The notes: generated by a model from the letters alone, not told the origin. A stretch of DNA of 64,000 nucleotides from Candidatus Woesearchaeota archaeon (GCA_964393215.1 CAYMSW010000001.1:7236-71235), one strand, 5' to 3'; positions 9,631-19,563 are shown, counted from the stretch's first letter. A program made the numbers and translations.

Positions 9631-10254
9631 CTAAACGCCTCTAGCGTCAGCTTCATCTCTCTCGGCTTGTCTTGCAGCAGCTCTCCTCTCAGCATCATGT
9701 TTTGCAGCAGTAACTTTTGTACTCAAACTACCTTTAAACATCCACTCTCTAAGAGTCTTATTGAACAAAACAAAGATAATAACTAAAGCTAAAACACCAA
9801 GATAAATATACATCTGGACACCAGTAAGTAGATCACCACGCATACCAAAAACCAACTTATAGACTAACCAAGCACCAAAACTAATCCACAAAAAGTATTG
9901 CAGCACAACAGAAGAAGGACTAGGATGCTTCCCAATATCGTAAGTAAAATAAAAGATTATAGCTAAAGGTATGAATGCACCCAATGTGATACCTAAAGCA
10001 GTGTATGAAGCCAGCATAGTATATATTTCACCAGGCGTCAAATAAGCTACAGCCAAAAAAGCAACTAAAATAGAAAATATAACTCTCGTACCAGCCTTCT
10101 TATCTCCGCTAAGGAATGGAAGAAAATTAGAAGCAGAATATATAATTATGAAAATCAAAATCAAGAAAATGTACTTAGCTAGTTCAGGACCAATATCTCC
10201 AGTAACCCACCCTCCAGTAAAAAAGTCCAAAATTGGTTGAAATATATTTACCAT
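9631..10254 (-). CDS. Integral membrane protein of unknown function, paralog A.
   Basis: Multiple predicted TM helices. It shares the pattern AKY-F..L...IIY...IPF..K.G-R-IFS-VAFLA-AY-TP with the adjacent gene. Confidence 0.5.
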   Translation of the reverse strand: MVNIFQPILDFFTGGWVTGDIGPELAKYIFLILIFIIIYSASNFLPFLSGDKKAGTRVIFSILVAFLAVAYLTPGEIYTMLASYTALGITLGAFIPLAIIFYFTYDIGKHPSPSSVVLQYFLWISFGAWLVYKLVFGMRGDLLTGVQMYIYLGVLALVIIFVLFNKTLREWMFKGSLSTKVTAAKHDAERRAAARQAERDEADARGV

Positions 10255-10268
10255 CTTTTACTCACTTA

Positions 10269-11033
10269 TTATTTGCCTCCGCTACTAGACCTTCTATCAA
10301 GAATCCTGTCTGCTTTCTTGTCTTCAACCTCTTCCATAGCACCAATTCTATCTTCTCTCTTAAGTGCGGCCTCTTTTTTCTCACCAACAACAAAATTAAA
10401 GATCCTATCTCTAACTTGTTTATTGAAGAAAATCATGCCCAAAGACAAAATCAACCCAAATAAGAAGAACCAAAATTCCAAGCCACCAATAACACCACTA
10501 GACCAACCCCAAATTAGTTTATATAGTAACCATATACTAAACATAATCCATGCAGCATAGTTCATAAAAATTACAATAGGTGACGATTTATCTGCCTTCC
10601 TCGCAGCCATATAAGTAAAATAAAACAAAACAGAAAATGGAATAACGACAGCAACAGCAAAACCCATTGCCCCATAAGTAGACATCAAAATGTAAATATC
10701 TGCAGGGGTGAAATAAGCAGTAGCCAAAAAGGCAACGATAGCTGAAAAAATAATCCTAATACCACCCTTCTTAGCAAAAGGAATCACTCCAGCAACAGCA
10801 TATATAACTATCATTAACAAAAAGAAGAACAAATATTTAGCTATGTTTGGGCTCAACTGCCCTTCTTCCCAACTAGAAAACATATCTTTTATTGGATCAA
10901 AAACAGCATTGGCACCATTTGAAGCAGCCAATTGAACCGGGGTCTCATAAGCTGCACTAACAAAACTTGGAAGAACAAATGAACCAATAAATAAGACCAA
11001 AATCGAAAATAATAATAAATTCCTCTTTTTCAT
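10269..11033 (-). CDS. Integral membrane protein of unknown function, paralog B, with a signal peptide or N-terminal TM.
   Basis: Tandem paralog of 9631-10254, with an N-terminal hydrophobic leader. Confidence 0.5.
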   Translation of the reverse strand: MKKRNLLLFSILVLFIGSFVLPSFVSAAYETPVQLAASNGANAVFDPIKDMFSSWEEGQLSPNIAKYLFFFLLMIVIYAVAGVIPFAKKGGIRIIFSAIVAFLATAYFTPADIYILMSTYGAMGFAVAVVIPFSVLFYFTYMAARKADKSSPIVIFMNYAAWIMFSIWLLYKLIWGWSSGVIGGLEFWFFLFGLILSLGMIFFNKQVRDRIFNFVVGEKKEAALKREDRIGAMEEVEDKKADRILDRRSSSGGK

Positions 11034-11096
11034 GATAAATCTAAATTACCCATATAGTATATAAATATTTTCATTCATTTATATTACCAACCAAGA

Positions 11097-11867
11097 ATGA
11101 AATTAACCAAAAAAGAACAGAAATTAGTGCCAAAATCCTTTGAAATAGTAGGAGATATCCTAATATTCGCAAATTTCCCAAAAGAGCTAAAAAAGAAAGA
11201 AAAACAAATAGCAAAAGAATTCCTAAGCAAACTAAAGCAAGTAAAAGTAGTTACAAAAAAAGCAAAAAACTTCTCTGGAAAATACAGGCTCCAAAAATTA
11301 AAAATCTTGGCAGGAGAAAGAAGAAAAAACACAATTCATAAAGAAAATGGGGTAATAATTAAAGTAAATCCGGAAAAAGCGTACTTCTCATCCAAATCAA
11401 GCACAGAAAGACTTAGAATTGCTAAACTAATAAAAAAAGATGAAACAGTCCTAACAATGTTCTCGGGAGTAGCACCTTATCCACTAACTATTGCAAAACA
11501 CTCCAAAGCAAAAGAAATCTATGGAATCGAATCAAATAAAGATGCACATGAATTGGGCCTCCAAAACGTAGCGCTAAACAAACTAAAAAACATTCTACTA
11601 TACAAAGGAGATGTAAAAAGAGTCCTACCAAAAATAAAGAAAAAGTTCGATAGAATAATTATGCCTCACCCATCAGATTCAGAAGCATACCTAACTCTAG
11701 CAAAATCAAAATTGAAACCAAAAGGAAAGATTCACATGTACATTTTCGAAAAAGAAGAAAACTTCAAAGAATTAAAGAAAAAATACAAAAAATACAAACC
11801 AAAAATAGTCAAAGCAGGTTCACCAGCACCAGGAAAATTCAGGGTCTGTCTAGATCTAAAGACCTAA
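11097..11867 (+). CDS. Class I SAM-dependent tRNA methyltransferase of the Trm5/Taw2 (Met-10+) family.
   Basis: Motif TMFSGVAPYPLTIAK resembles the Trm5 AdoMet motif; 256 aa. Confidence 0.5.
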   Translation: MKLTKKEQKLVPKSFEIVGDILIFANFPKELKKKEKQIAKEFLSKLKQVKVVTKKAKNFSGKYRLQKLKILAGERRKNTIHKENGVIIKVNPEKAYFSSKSSTERLRIAKLIKKDETVLTMFSGVAPYPLTIAKHSKAKEIYGIESNKDAHELGLQNVALNKLKNILLYKGDVKRVLPKIKKKFDRIIMPHPSDSEAYLTLAKSKLKPKGKIHMYIFEKEENFKELKKKYKKYKPKIVKAGSPAPGKFRVCLDLKT

Positions 11868-13193
11868 CTCAACTAATTCTCTTCTAACTGGATGATAAGC
11901 AGAAGGAGCTTCACCACCATGCCAAGTAAATTTAGGTCTAACTTGCATAGGATATATTCTCTCAGAATTATCATCTAATATTATAGCAGCACCTTTAATT
12001 TTAGGTAAATTATTCAAATACTTATTAACATCAGATAAGATATAAGTCTGCATAATACTATTAAGAGCTTCAATATCTTTTCTAGCAGTAACTCTATGAC
12101 TAATTACAATATCAGATTGGGTAATAACATCCTTATGAATCTCCCCTGGCTGCTGCGTAGCCAAAACCATAGAAATTCCAGGTTGCCTACCCTCTCTAAG
12201 TAACTGCACCAAAGCATCACTGGCAGCAGTCTTACCTTCTTTCGGCAAGAACTCGTGAGCTTCATCCAACATCAACCAAACAAGAGGCATTTCTTCCTGT
12301 TTATTTTCTTCTTCAAAACCAAATAAACTAGTTCCGCTCTTAATTCTCTGTAGCTCTTCCAACTTTCTAGCAGCCATTCTCTCAGACAATAATTTCCTAC
12401 TAACCAAACCAGTAACCAAAGTTTTTATTCCCCAAGCTCCAGAAACATGACTATAACAACTTGTGTCCAAAACACTAACTCTGCCTCTTTTCAAGAGATC
12501 CCTAATCTCGGTTCCCTTCTTACTAAACAATCCCCACGCACTAGCAGCAGAAAATAAATTTGTAGCAGCATCTCTAACACTCTTCTCAAAACTCCTGTCT
12601 TTTCCAATTCCTTTAATTATATCTTCAATATCATAGCTCTTTCTTCTCTCTTGCAGACCAGAAACAACTTTTTCAATTGCAATTCCAATTGGATCCATCA
12701 AATCAACACCAAAAACATTGACCCAATCCCCAGCATTCAACTCAGAAGTTTTAATAGAGAAGGAATAATCTGCTAAAATACCTTTTTTCTTATACTCTTC
12801 AAAAAATCCCTCTGGAATGTAAACATCAACAGTATCCAATTTCCTTGGCCTCATATTCCATTTGCTCAACAATCTCTCTTCTTTATCATTAGAATATTTC
12901 ATAGTCCAAAAAACACCCATAGTATCAAAAATAACAACACTCAAATTCTGAGAAACTTCTTTAGGCAAGTTAGAAATCTCCTCAGCAATAACGGACAATG
13001 AATAACTCTTTCCAGAACCCCTTTTACCAGATACCAAAATAACATGAGATTTAGCAACATCCAACAAAATATTACTACTCATGGAAGTGGCTTGTCCCAT
13101 TTTTACATAATGCCTACCTAAGAAAACAGCAGCTTTATCGCCAAACTTCCGTTTATCACCTTCAGTCCTACCAAGAACAATGTTTCTATCCAT
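11856..13193 (-). CDS. HerA/FtsK-like P-loop ATPase (DUF87-type).
   Basis: Walker A VSGKRGSGKS and Walker B LMLDEAHEFL. Confidence 0.55.
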   Translation of the reverse strand: MDRNIVLGRTEGDKRKFGDKAAVFLGRHYVKMGQATSMSSNILLDVAKSHVILVSGKRGSGKSYSLSVIAEEISNLPKEVSQNLSVVIFDTMGVFWTMKYSNDKEERLLSKWNMRPRKLDTVDVYIPEGFFEEYKKKGILADYSFSIKTSELNAGDWVNVFGVDLMDPIGIAIEKVVSGLQERRKSYDIEDIIKGIGKDRSFEKSVRDAATNLFSAASAWGLFSKKGTEIRDLLKRGRVSVLDTSCYSHVSGAWGIKTLVTGLVSRKLLSERMAARKLEELQRIKSGTSLFGFEEENKQEEMPLVWLMLDEAHEFLPKEGKTAASDALVQLLREGRQPGISMVLATQQPGEIHKDVITQSDIVISHRVTARKDIEALNSIMQTYILSDVNKYLNNLPKIKGAAIILDDNSERIYPMQVRPKFTWHGGEAPSAYHPVRRELVELGL

Positions 13194-13227
13194 ACTACCA
13201 AAGAATTTTACGTTCTTAAATAATTTG

Positions 13228-13908
13228 CTATCTCTTAATCCTATTTCTTAAAAGCCAATATCCAACGAAGAATAGAGCAAATAAAATAATCTTGAAAATT
13301 AGAATTGAATAAACAAATGAGCTAGATTGAACCTTCATGAGGTTTGCTCCTGCATATGAATAAATTAGAAGATAAGGGATAAATCCAAAAAAAGTTGCGG
13401 CAATATACTTCTTATATTTAATCTTTGCAGCCCCGGCAGCATAACTTACCAAATCAAAATAAACACCAAGATATCTTAAGAGAAATACCAATCCAAACCC
13501 GTGCTTCTTTATGTATCTTCTATAGAACTTAATTTTCCCCTGTTTTTTCTTTCGGAAAAAAGGCTTTCCTATTTTTCTCCCTAGTACAAAATTAATTGTT
13601 CCAGAAATTACTTCAATCAACAAAGAAACAACGACACCCCAATAAAAACCAAATACCATACCGGCTGTAAATACAAAAATCCAGGAAGGAAGCAAGAAAA
13701 GATTAGCAACAACATATATTGCTAAAAAAACAAGAAGAGAATAAACTCCAAAACTATCAAAAAAAGCCTTCAAATTAGCAGGAGCAGTTGTAAAAAACCA
13801 ATCATTTATCTCGCCCAAAAGAAGAACAAGAAGAGTAAAAACAAATACCCCAAGAAGTATTTTAACTACATGCTTCTTTAGTTCTCTTTTAAGATGAATC
13901 ATTTGCAA
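13228..13908 (-). CDS. DedA/TVP38/TMEM64-family membrane protein.
   Basis: Multi-TM protein with a VLGRKIGKPFF motif typical of the DedA family. Confidence 0.6.
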   Translation of the reverse strand: MQMIHLKRELKKHVVKILLGVFVFTLLVLLLGEINDWFFTTAPANLKAFFDSFGVYSLLVFLAIYVVANLFLLPSWIFVFTAGMVFGFYWGVVVSLLIEVISGTINFVLGRKIGKPFFRKKKQGKIKFYRRYIKKHGFGLVFLLRYLGVYFDLVSYAAGAAKIKYKKYIAATFFGFIPYLLIYSYAGANLMKVQSSSFVYSILIFKIILFALFFVGYWLLRNRIKR

Positions 13909-14548
13909 ACCCCTTAACTCCTTTTAACAAATTCCTCTTTCTAATAATGAACACAAATATCAATAACAAAATAAATGTAGAAACACCTACATAAGTTACT
14001 AATTTTTGATATGGGAAAGTTCCCAAATAAGCAATTGGCAATGAAAATATCAAAACTCCCAAATAAGTAGCAAGCAGATATTTTCTTTTTCCAATATGTA
14101 GAAACAACCCGGTAGCATAACCAACAATTCCAACCTGCCCAATCGATCTCAACAAAACAAGACCCCAAAAAATATTCCCCCTTGGAATATGTCTTTCAAC
14201 TTCATTAACTTTTTCCATAGAAACAAATTTTTTAACGATTGGAACTCCCCATTTTTTAGCAATAAGATAATTACAGAAACCGCCAAGTGTCCACCCAACA
14301 GATAATAGAAACCAAGTGTCCACCCAGCCCCATAAACTAGTTGCTAAAGGAAGCAAAGGAATTGCACTTATTGGAGTAACAATAACTGAAATAATCAAAA
14401 AAACAACAAAAAGCAGAATTCCTGCAGGACCATTGCCAATATTACTCTCAAACCAAACCTTATTGGATTGAACAATATAAGATACAACTAAGAACAAACC
14501 AGCTAAAAACAAAAATTCCAAAAAGTAACCAAGATTCTTATTCATCAA
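13889..14548 (-). CDS. DedA/TVP38/TMEM64-family membrane protein (second tandem copy).
   Basis: Motif NYLIAKKWGVPIVKKFV; multi-TM. Confidence 0.55.
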   Translation of the reverse strand: MMNKNLGYFLEFLFLAGLFLVVSYIVQSNKVWFESNIGNGPAGILLFVVFLIISVIVTPISAIPLLPLATSLWGWVDTWFLLSVGWTLGGFCNYLIAKKWGVPIVKKFVSMEKVNEVERHIPRGNIFWGLVLLRSIGQVGIVGYATGLFLHIGKRKYLLATYLGVLIFSLPIAYLGTFPYQKLVTYVGVSTFILLLIFVFIIRKRNLLKGVKGFANDSS

Positions 14549-14596
14549 ATAATAATTAAACGTAATACTTTTAAAACTACTTTTTTTACCAAATTT

Positions 14597-15055
14597 ATGA
14601 CAAAGATTGAAGATATCCCATATTCACAAAGAATAGTGTTATTACCACAGTGTTTGAGGAGCAATAGTTGCACATCTAAAAGAGGAGAATATGGAGTTCT
14701 TTTTTGCGGAGAATGTGAACAAGAAAGAGATGACGGATTAATCTGTCCAATATCAGATATGACTTCGGTTGCATTAGAAGTTGGATATGAGGGGGTATAT
14801 ACTTTCGCAGGTGGGAGAGGCATAAGAGAATTTCTACTTTCAAAAAAAGGGGAAATCAGAGCAATATTAGCAGTTGCTTGCAACCCAGAGATTAGAGAGG
14901 GAGTAGAGATGCTGGCCGAAACAGGGATTTTTCATCAAGTAGAACATTTAAGAACAGAAGGGTGTGCAGAAACAACACTTTTTTCCAATCCAGGTAACTT
15001 TAATAAAGAATGGGAGAGAATATTAACAAGATATCCGCCACAAAATGGAAACTAA
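14597..15055 (+). CDS. Cys-rich DUF116-like protein with seven cysteines and no TM segment.
   Basis: LLPQCL, SNSC, FCGEC, LICP, VAC and EGCAE give 7 Cys. This matches the DUF116 description as I recall it. Confidence 0.35.
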   Translation: MTKIEDIPYSQRIVLLPQCLRSNSCTSKRGEYGVLFCGECEQERDDGLICPISDMTSVALEVGYEGVYTFAGGRGIREFLLSKKGEIRAILAVACNPEIREGVEMLAETGIFHQVEHLRTEGCAETTLFSNPGNFNKEWERILTRYPPQNGN

Positions 15056-15719
15056 AACAATCAGAGGAATAAAAACAATATTCGTACATGCAAAATCAGA
15101 AATAGATTTGTCTGAAAAAGATTTCAACAAAATAAAGATAAAAGAAAACAAAATAGGATTGGTCCACACAGCACAAACCCAAGATATAATAAAAAAGATA
15201 CAAGATTTTCTAAAAAAACAAAAGAAAGAAGTTCACATTGCAGGACAAATAGTTGGTTGTAATGCAACAAACGCCATAAAAATAAAAGATAAAGTAGAAG
15301 CATTTCTTTTCATAGGATCGGGAATGTTCCATCCAATTGAATTAATAGAAAAAACAAAGATAAGGAAATATTACCAATTTAACCCATCACTAAAATCATT
15401 TTCAAAAATAGATGAAACAGAAATAAAACAGCTAGAAAAAAGAAAACAGGCAAAACTAGCCAAATATTTCTCAGCAGAAAGAATAGGAATTGTAGTAACA
15501 ACAAAACCAGGACAAGAGCAACTAAGCCTAGCAAAGTCATTCGCAAAAAAATGCGGAAAAGAAGCATACATTTTTTTAGATAATCATATTGATGTAAATA
15601 AGCTAGAGGACTTCCCAGACATAGAATTCTGGGTAAACACTGGATGCCCAAGACTTGAAGAAAAAGGAGTTATAGCTTTGAAAGATATAATAAATGCCAA
15701 AAGCTATAAAAACAATTGA
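15045..15719 (+). CDS. Dph2-like diphthamide-synthesis (2-(3-amino-3-carboxypropyl)histidine synthase) protein. It contains only domains 2 and 3.
   Basis: GQIVGCNATNA and FLFIGSGMFHP match Dph2 domain 2. IGIVVTTKPGQ and VNTGCPRL match domain 3. No domain-1 region is present; 224 aa against about 340 aa for canonical archaeal Dph2. Confidence 0.5.
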   Translation: METKTIRGIKTIFVHAKSEIDLSEKDFNKIKIKENKIGLVHTAQTQDIIKKIQDFLKKQKKEVHIAGQIVGCNATNAIKIKDKVEAFLFIGSGMFHPIELIEKTKIRKYYQFNPSLKSFSKIDETEIKQLEKRKQAKLAKYFSAERIGIVVTTKPGQEQLSLAKSFAKKCGKEAYIFLDNHIDVNKLEDFPDIEFWVNTGCPRLEEKGVIALKDIINAKSYKNN

Positions 15720-15735
15720 TTCTACTTCTGTAAAT

Positions 15736-17196
15736 ATGAAAATAGAAGACAAAGCTATGGATTTGGCAAAAAGAAGAGGTTTCATTTGGGGACCAAGTCC
15801 AAATATATATCACGGAGGAGTTTCAGGTTTCTATGATTGGGGACCATTAGGAAAACTTCTAAAAAATAAAATAGAAAACATAATCAGAAAAGGATTTCTT
15901 TATCACAGTTTTTGGGAAGTAGAGTGTCCAACAATAATGCCTGGAAAAGTTTGGGAAGCATCAGGACATTTAGATGGATTTGTAGATCCAGTAGTTAAAT
16001 GTAAAAAATGTGAATCTGCATTCAGAGTTGATAACCTAATAAAAGAAAAATATCCAAATGAAAATGTTGATGGACTTACATTCACTCAACTAAAAAAACT
16101 AATTGAAAAAAAGAAAGTTAAATGCCCCTCGTGCAAAGGAAACTTGGGAGAAGTAGAATCCTATAACCTAATGATGCGAACAACAATAGGTTTGAATCAA
16201 GAAGCATATCTAAGGCCAGAGACAGCAACAACAACCTACTTACTATTTCCAGAATATTACAGATTTTTCAGAACAAAAATGCCATTTGGAGTTTTTCAAA
16301 TAGGAAAAGCATATAGAAATGAAATCTCACCAAGGCAAGGAGTTTTCAGAACAAGAGAATTTACACAAGCAGAAGGACAAATGTTCTTACTAAAGGAGCA
16401 CTTCAATAAATTTGAAAAGTTTGATGAAGAAAAAAACGAAGTTCTACCACTGCTCCCATACAAAAAGAAACTACAAAAAGTAAAGCTAAAAGATGCAGTA
16501 ACAAAGAAAATATTCAAAAAGAAATCTTACGCATGGACAGTCTATGCAGCATACGACATTGTAACTAAAATAGGATTCCCAAGCAATAAAATAAGAATTA
16601 GACAACACAATCCGAAAGAACTAGCACATTACGCTGAAGATGCATGGGACATAGAAATTAAAACAGAAAGATTCGGCTGGTTCGAAATCTGTGGAGTGCA
16701 TGACAGAAAAGACTATGATCTAAAAAGACATGCAGAACATTCTAAAACAAAATTCGCAGTTGGAAATGAAACACCAAACATTCTAGAAATAGCATTTGGA
16801 ATAGAAAGGCCAACATACTGCTTACTAGAAGAATCTCTAAGGGGAGACAAAAAAAGAGATTGGCTATATTTCCCACCGGGAGTAGCACCAATCGATGTAG
16901 CAATATTCCCTCTAGTAAAGAAAGACAACTTACCAAAACTAGCTAAAGAAATCTTCGAAGACTTAGATAAGGAATTCGTTTGCATTTATGATGAATCAGG
17001 AAGCATAGGAAGAAGATACAGAAGAATGGATGAAATAGGAACAACACTATGTATAACAATAGATCACGATAGCTTAGAAGACAATTCAGTAACTCTAAGA
17101 GAAGTTTCAACAATGAAACAAATAAGAGTAGATGTCAAAGAATTAAAGGATACTGTAAGGAATATACTCTATAACGGCCTAAAATTTGGTAAATAA
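15736..17196 (+). CDS. glyS: Glycine--tRNA ligase of the archaeal/eukaryal type. The start is uncertain: the ORF opens at 15694.
   Basis: Motif RRGFIWGPSPNIYHGGVSGFYDWGPLG and a class II aaRS core. Confidence 0.85.
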   Translation: MKIEDKAMDLAKRRGFIWGPSPNIYHGGVSGFYDWGPLGKLLKNKIENIIRKGFLYHSFWEVECPTIMPGKVWEASGHLDGFVDPVVKCKKCESAFRVDNLIKEKYPNENVDGLTFTQLKKLIEKKKVKCPSCKGNLGEVESYNLMMRTTIGLNQEAYLRPETATTTYLLFPEYYRFFRTKMPFGVFQIGKAYRNEISPRQGVFRTREFTQAEGQMFLLKEHFNKFEKFDEEKNEVLPLLPYKKKLQKVKLKDAVTKKIFKKKSYAWTVYAAYDIVTKIGFPSNKIRIRQHNPKELAHYAEDAWDIEIKTERFGWFEICGVHDRKDYDLKRHAEHSKTKFAVGNETPNILEIAFGIERPTYCLLEESLRGDKKRDWLYFPPGVAPIDVAIFPLVKKDNLPKLAKEIFEDLDKEFVCIYDESGSIGRRYRRMDEIGTTLCITIDHDSLEDNSVTLREVSTMKQIRVDVKELKDTVRNILYNGLKFGK

Positions 17197-17277
17197 TTCT
17201 ATCATAAAGCTTATATATGAAATAATTAACTATTGTTAAAACCATTTTTCTAAAAAGCTTTTTAGGAGGAATATATA

Positions 17278-17961
17278 ATGTCAGATGGTGAAATAAAAAA
17301 AGATAAAGTAACTGTAAAAAAAGCAACGTTGTGGAAAGTCGCAGTTGCAATATTGGCTGTCGTTCTAGTATTCAATTGGATGACTGGAGACGATGAAGGA
17401 ACGAGTAACAATGGAGAAGCAAAACTAGCACCAACTATAAGTGCTGAAGACTACATTGATGATGACCCAATGATTGGAGATCCAGATGCACCAATAACAA
17501 TAGTGGAATTTTCTGATTTTCAGTGCTCTTTCTGTAAAAGATTTAGAACACAAACATTCGATCAATTAAAAGAAGAGTACATTGACACTGGAAAAGCAAA
17601 GTTAGTATACAGAGATTTCCCATTACATAGCATACACCCGCATGCACAAAAAGCAGCAGAAGCAGCAGAATGTGCAGAAGATCAAGGAATGTTCTGGGAG
17701 TATCATGATCTATTGTTTGAAAACCAAGGAGAATTAGCAATTGACGACTTGAAACTATATGCAAGCAGAAGCGGATTAGACACAACACAGTTCAATGAAT
17801 GTCTAGATTCTGGAAAATATGCAAGCGAAGTTGGAAAAGATCTGAGCGATGGACAGAAAGCAGGTGCAAGAGGAACGCCTTACTTTATAGTGGGCAACAC
17901 AGTGCTAAGCGGTGCACAACCGTTCCAAAACTTTAAAGCTGCAATAGATGCACAGCTTTAA
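17278..17961 (+). CDS. DsbA-like thioredoxin-fold thiol-disulfide oxidoreductase with an N-terminal TM anchor.
   Basis: CSFC active-site motif (FSDFQCSFCKRF) and a hydrophobic N-terminus. Confidence 0.7.
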   Translation: MSDGEIKKDKVTVKKATLWKVAVAILAVVLVFNWMTGDDEGTSNNGEAKLAPTISAEDYIDDDPMIGDPDAPITIVEFSDFQCSFCKRFRTQTFDQLKEEYIDTGKAKLVYRDFPLHSIHPHAQKAAEAAECAEDQGMFWEYHDLLFENQGELAIDDLKLYASRSGLDTTQFNECLDSGKYASEVGKDLSDGQKAGARGTPYFIVGNTVLSGAQPFQNFKAAIDAQL

Positions 17962-17985
17962 GTACTTCTTTTTTTCTTTTCTTTT

Positions 17986-18465
17986 TTGAAAATGTCAAGA
18001 CTAAATAACTTAAAAAGCTCAATAACAACAAAACCTTATTCATACATTTTCATAATCTCAACAATAATATACTTAGCAATAAATACCTATCTAAATCAGC
18101 TTTACATTTCCTTAGAAAACGTATTATCATACAATTTATATTTCATAGTTCCATTCATAGCATTAACATTACTTGTATCTTTGTTAGTTGGAGCAAATAT
18201 TAGCTTAGCAGTAATAAAAATAAGAGAATTAAAACAAATAAGTAAAGCAAGCGGGCTTACACTGGTAGGAACATTTGGAGGAATACTTGGTGGGGCCTGT
18301 CCCGGATGCTTCGTTGGATTATTTCCAGCATTCCTAGGTTTATTCGGAGCAACAGCAACATTAGGAAATCTTCCATTATATGGGATCGAAATCCAACTGA
18401 TATCAGCAGGATTACTATTAATTTCACTATTCTTACTAACAAAGGATACTACGTGCAAAGTATAA
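17986..18465 (+). CDS. Small polytopic membrane protein with an intramembrane CPGC motif.
   Basis: Four predicted TM helices with GGACPGCFVG inside one helix; directly downstream of the DsbA-like gene. Confidence 0.4.
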   Translation: MKMSRLNNLKSSITTKPYSYIFIISTIIYLAINTYLNQLYISLENVLSYNLYFIVPFIALTLLVSLLVGANISLAVIKIRELKQISKASGLTLVGTFGGILGGACPGCFVGLFPAFLGLFGATATLGNLPLYGIEIQLISAGLLLISLFLLTKDTTCKV

Positions 18466-18506
18466 ACAACAAAAGTTATATAAACAAAAAATTAAAGGAG
18501 ATAATT

Positions 18507-19553
18507 ATGGCAAGAGTAAAAGAGGTTGATGATAAATTATTCTTTAAAATGCTGGACACAATAGGTGTTAGCGGTAATGAGAGAAATATTAGAAACCTAA
18601 TAAAAAAAGAAATTAGACCTTATGTTGATGAAATTAGGATAGATAATCTTGGAAATCTAATTGCTAGAAAAAAAGGACCTAAACCAAGAATAATGCTAGC
18701 AGCCCATATGGATGAAGTAGGCTTAGCAGTAAGACACATTCATAAATCAGGCAGAGTAGAAATAGAAAAAATTGGTGGAGTAGATAGTTTAACACTTCTA
18801 GGACAACAAATAAGTTTAGATTTAGGAAAGAACAATAAAATAAGAGGAGTAATTTCCTCAGAAGAACTTAGCACCGGCCAAGTAATGGAAGAAATACCAG
18901 AATTGCAACATTTATTCGTGGATACAGGATTAACAAAAAAAGAATTGATAAAGATGGGTGTGGAAAAAGGAACGCCAATAACATTTGATCCAAATTCATG
19001 CTATCTTGGAAAGAAAGACATAGTTATGAGTAAGGCAGTAGACGATAGAGCAGGATGTTTCATACTGATAGAGCTTGCAAAGAGACTCAAAAAAACAAGT
19101 GCAGAGATTTTCTACGTATTCACAGTCCAGGAAGAGATAGGTCTTTACGGAGCAAAAACATCTGCTTACAGTGTAGAACCTGATTGGGGCATAGGTATTG
19201 ACGTTGCAGATGCTGAAGATTATGTACAAGACCCCGTCATAAAAGTCGGAGGGGGCCCAGTACTAACAATAATGGACTCAGAACTAATATCTAACAAATC
19301 AATAAATAAATGGATAGTACAATCTGCAAAAAAAATTAAAGTTCCTATACAAAAAAGCGTTAGTGTAGCAGGAACAACGGATGCAACAGACATAGCACTT
19401 TCCAGAGGCGGAGTTCCAAGCACAGTTTTAGGTGTGGCAGTAAGAAACATGCATTCCGCAGTAAGCGTAGTAAGCATGAGCGATATTGACAGAGCAGTTG
19501 CCATTCTACACGAACTTCTAAAGAACCCAAAAAAGAAAATAGAAGTCAATTAA
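18507..19553 (+). CDS. M42-family (TET/FrvX-type) aminopeptidase.
   Basis: MLAAHMDEVGL motif and an RBS aggag upstream of the ATG at 18507. Confidence 0.75.
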   Translation: MARVKEVDDKLFFKMLDTIGVSGNERNIRNLIKKEIRPYVDEIRIDNLGNLIARKKGPKPRIMLAAHMDEVGLAVRHIHKSGRVEIEKIGGVDSLTLLGQQISLDLGKNNKIRGVISSEELSTGQVMEEIPELQHLFVDTGLTKKELIKMGVEKGTPITFDPNSCYLGKKDIVMSKAVDDRAGCFILIELAKRLKKTSAEIFYVFTVQEEIGLYGAKTSAYSVEPDWGIGIDVADAEDYVQDPVIKVGGGPVLTIMDSELISNKSINKWIVQSAKKIKVPIQKSVSVAGTTDATDIALSRGGVPSTVLGVAVRNMHSAVSVVSMSDIDRAVAILHELLKNPKKKIEVN

Positions 19554-19563
19554 TTTTCAAAAA

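Noticed and set aside
15694-15735. GlyRS start at the first Met of the ORF (15694), overlapping the Dph2-like gene.
   Set aside because: The conserved GlyRS N-terminus (DLAKRRGFIWGPS) begins shortly after the internal Met at 15736. The earlier Met would add an atypical extension, so the downstream start is preferred, though it is uncertain.
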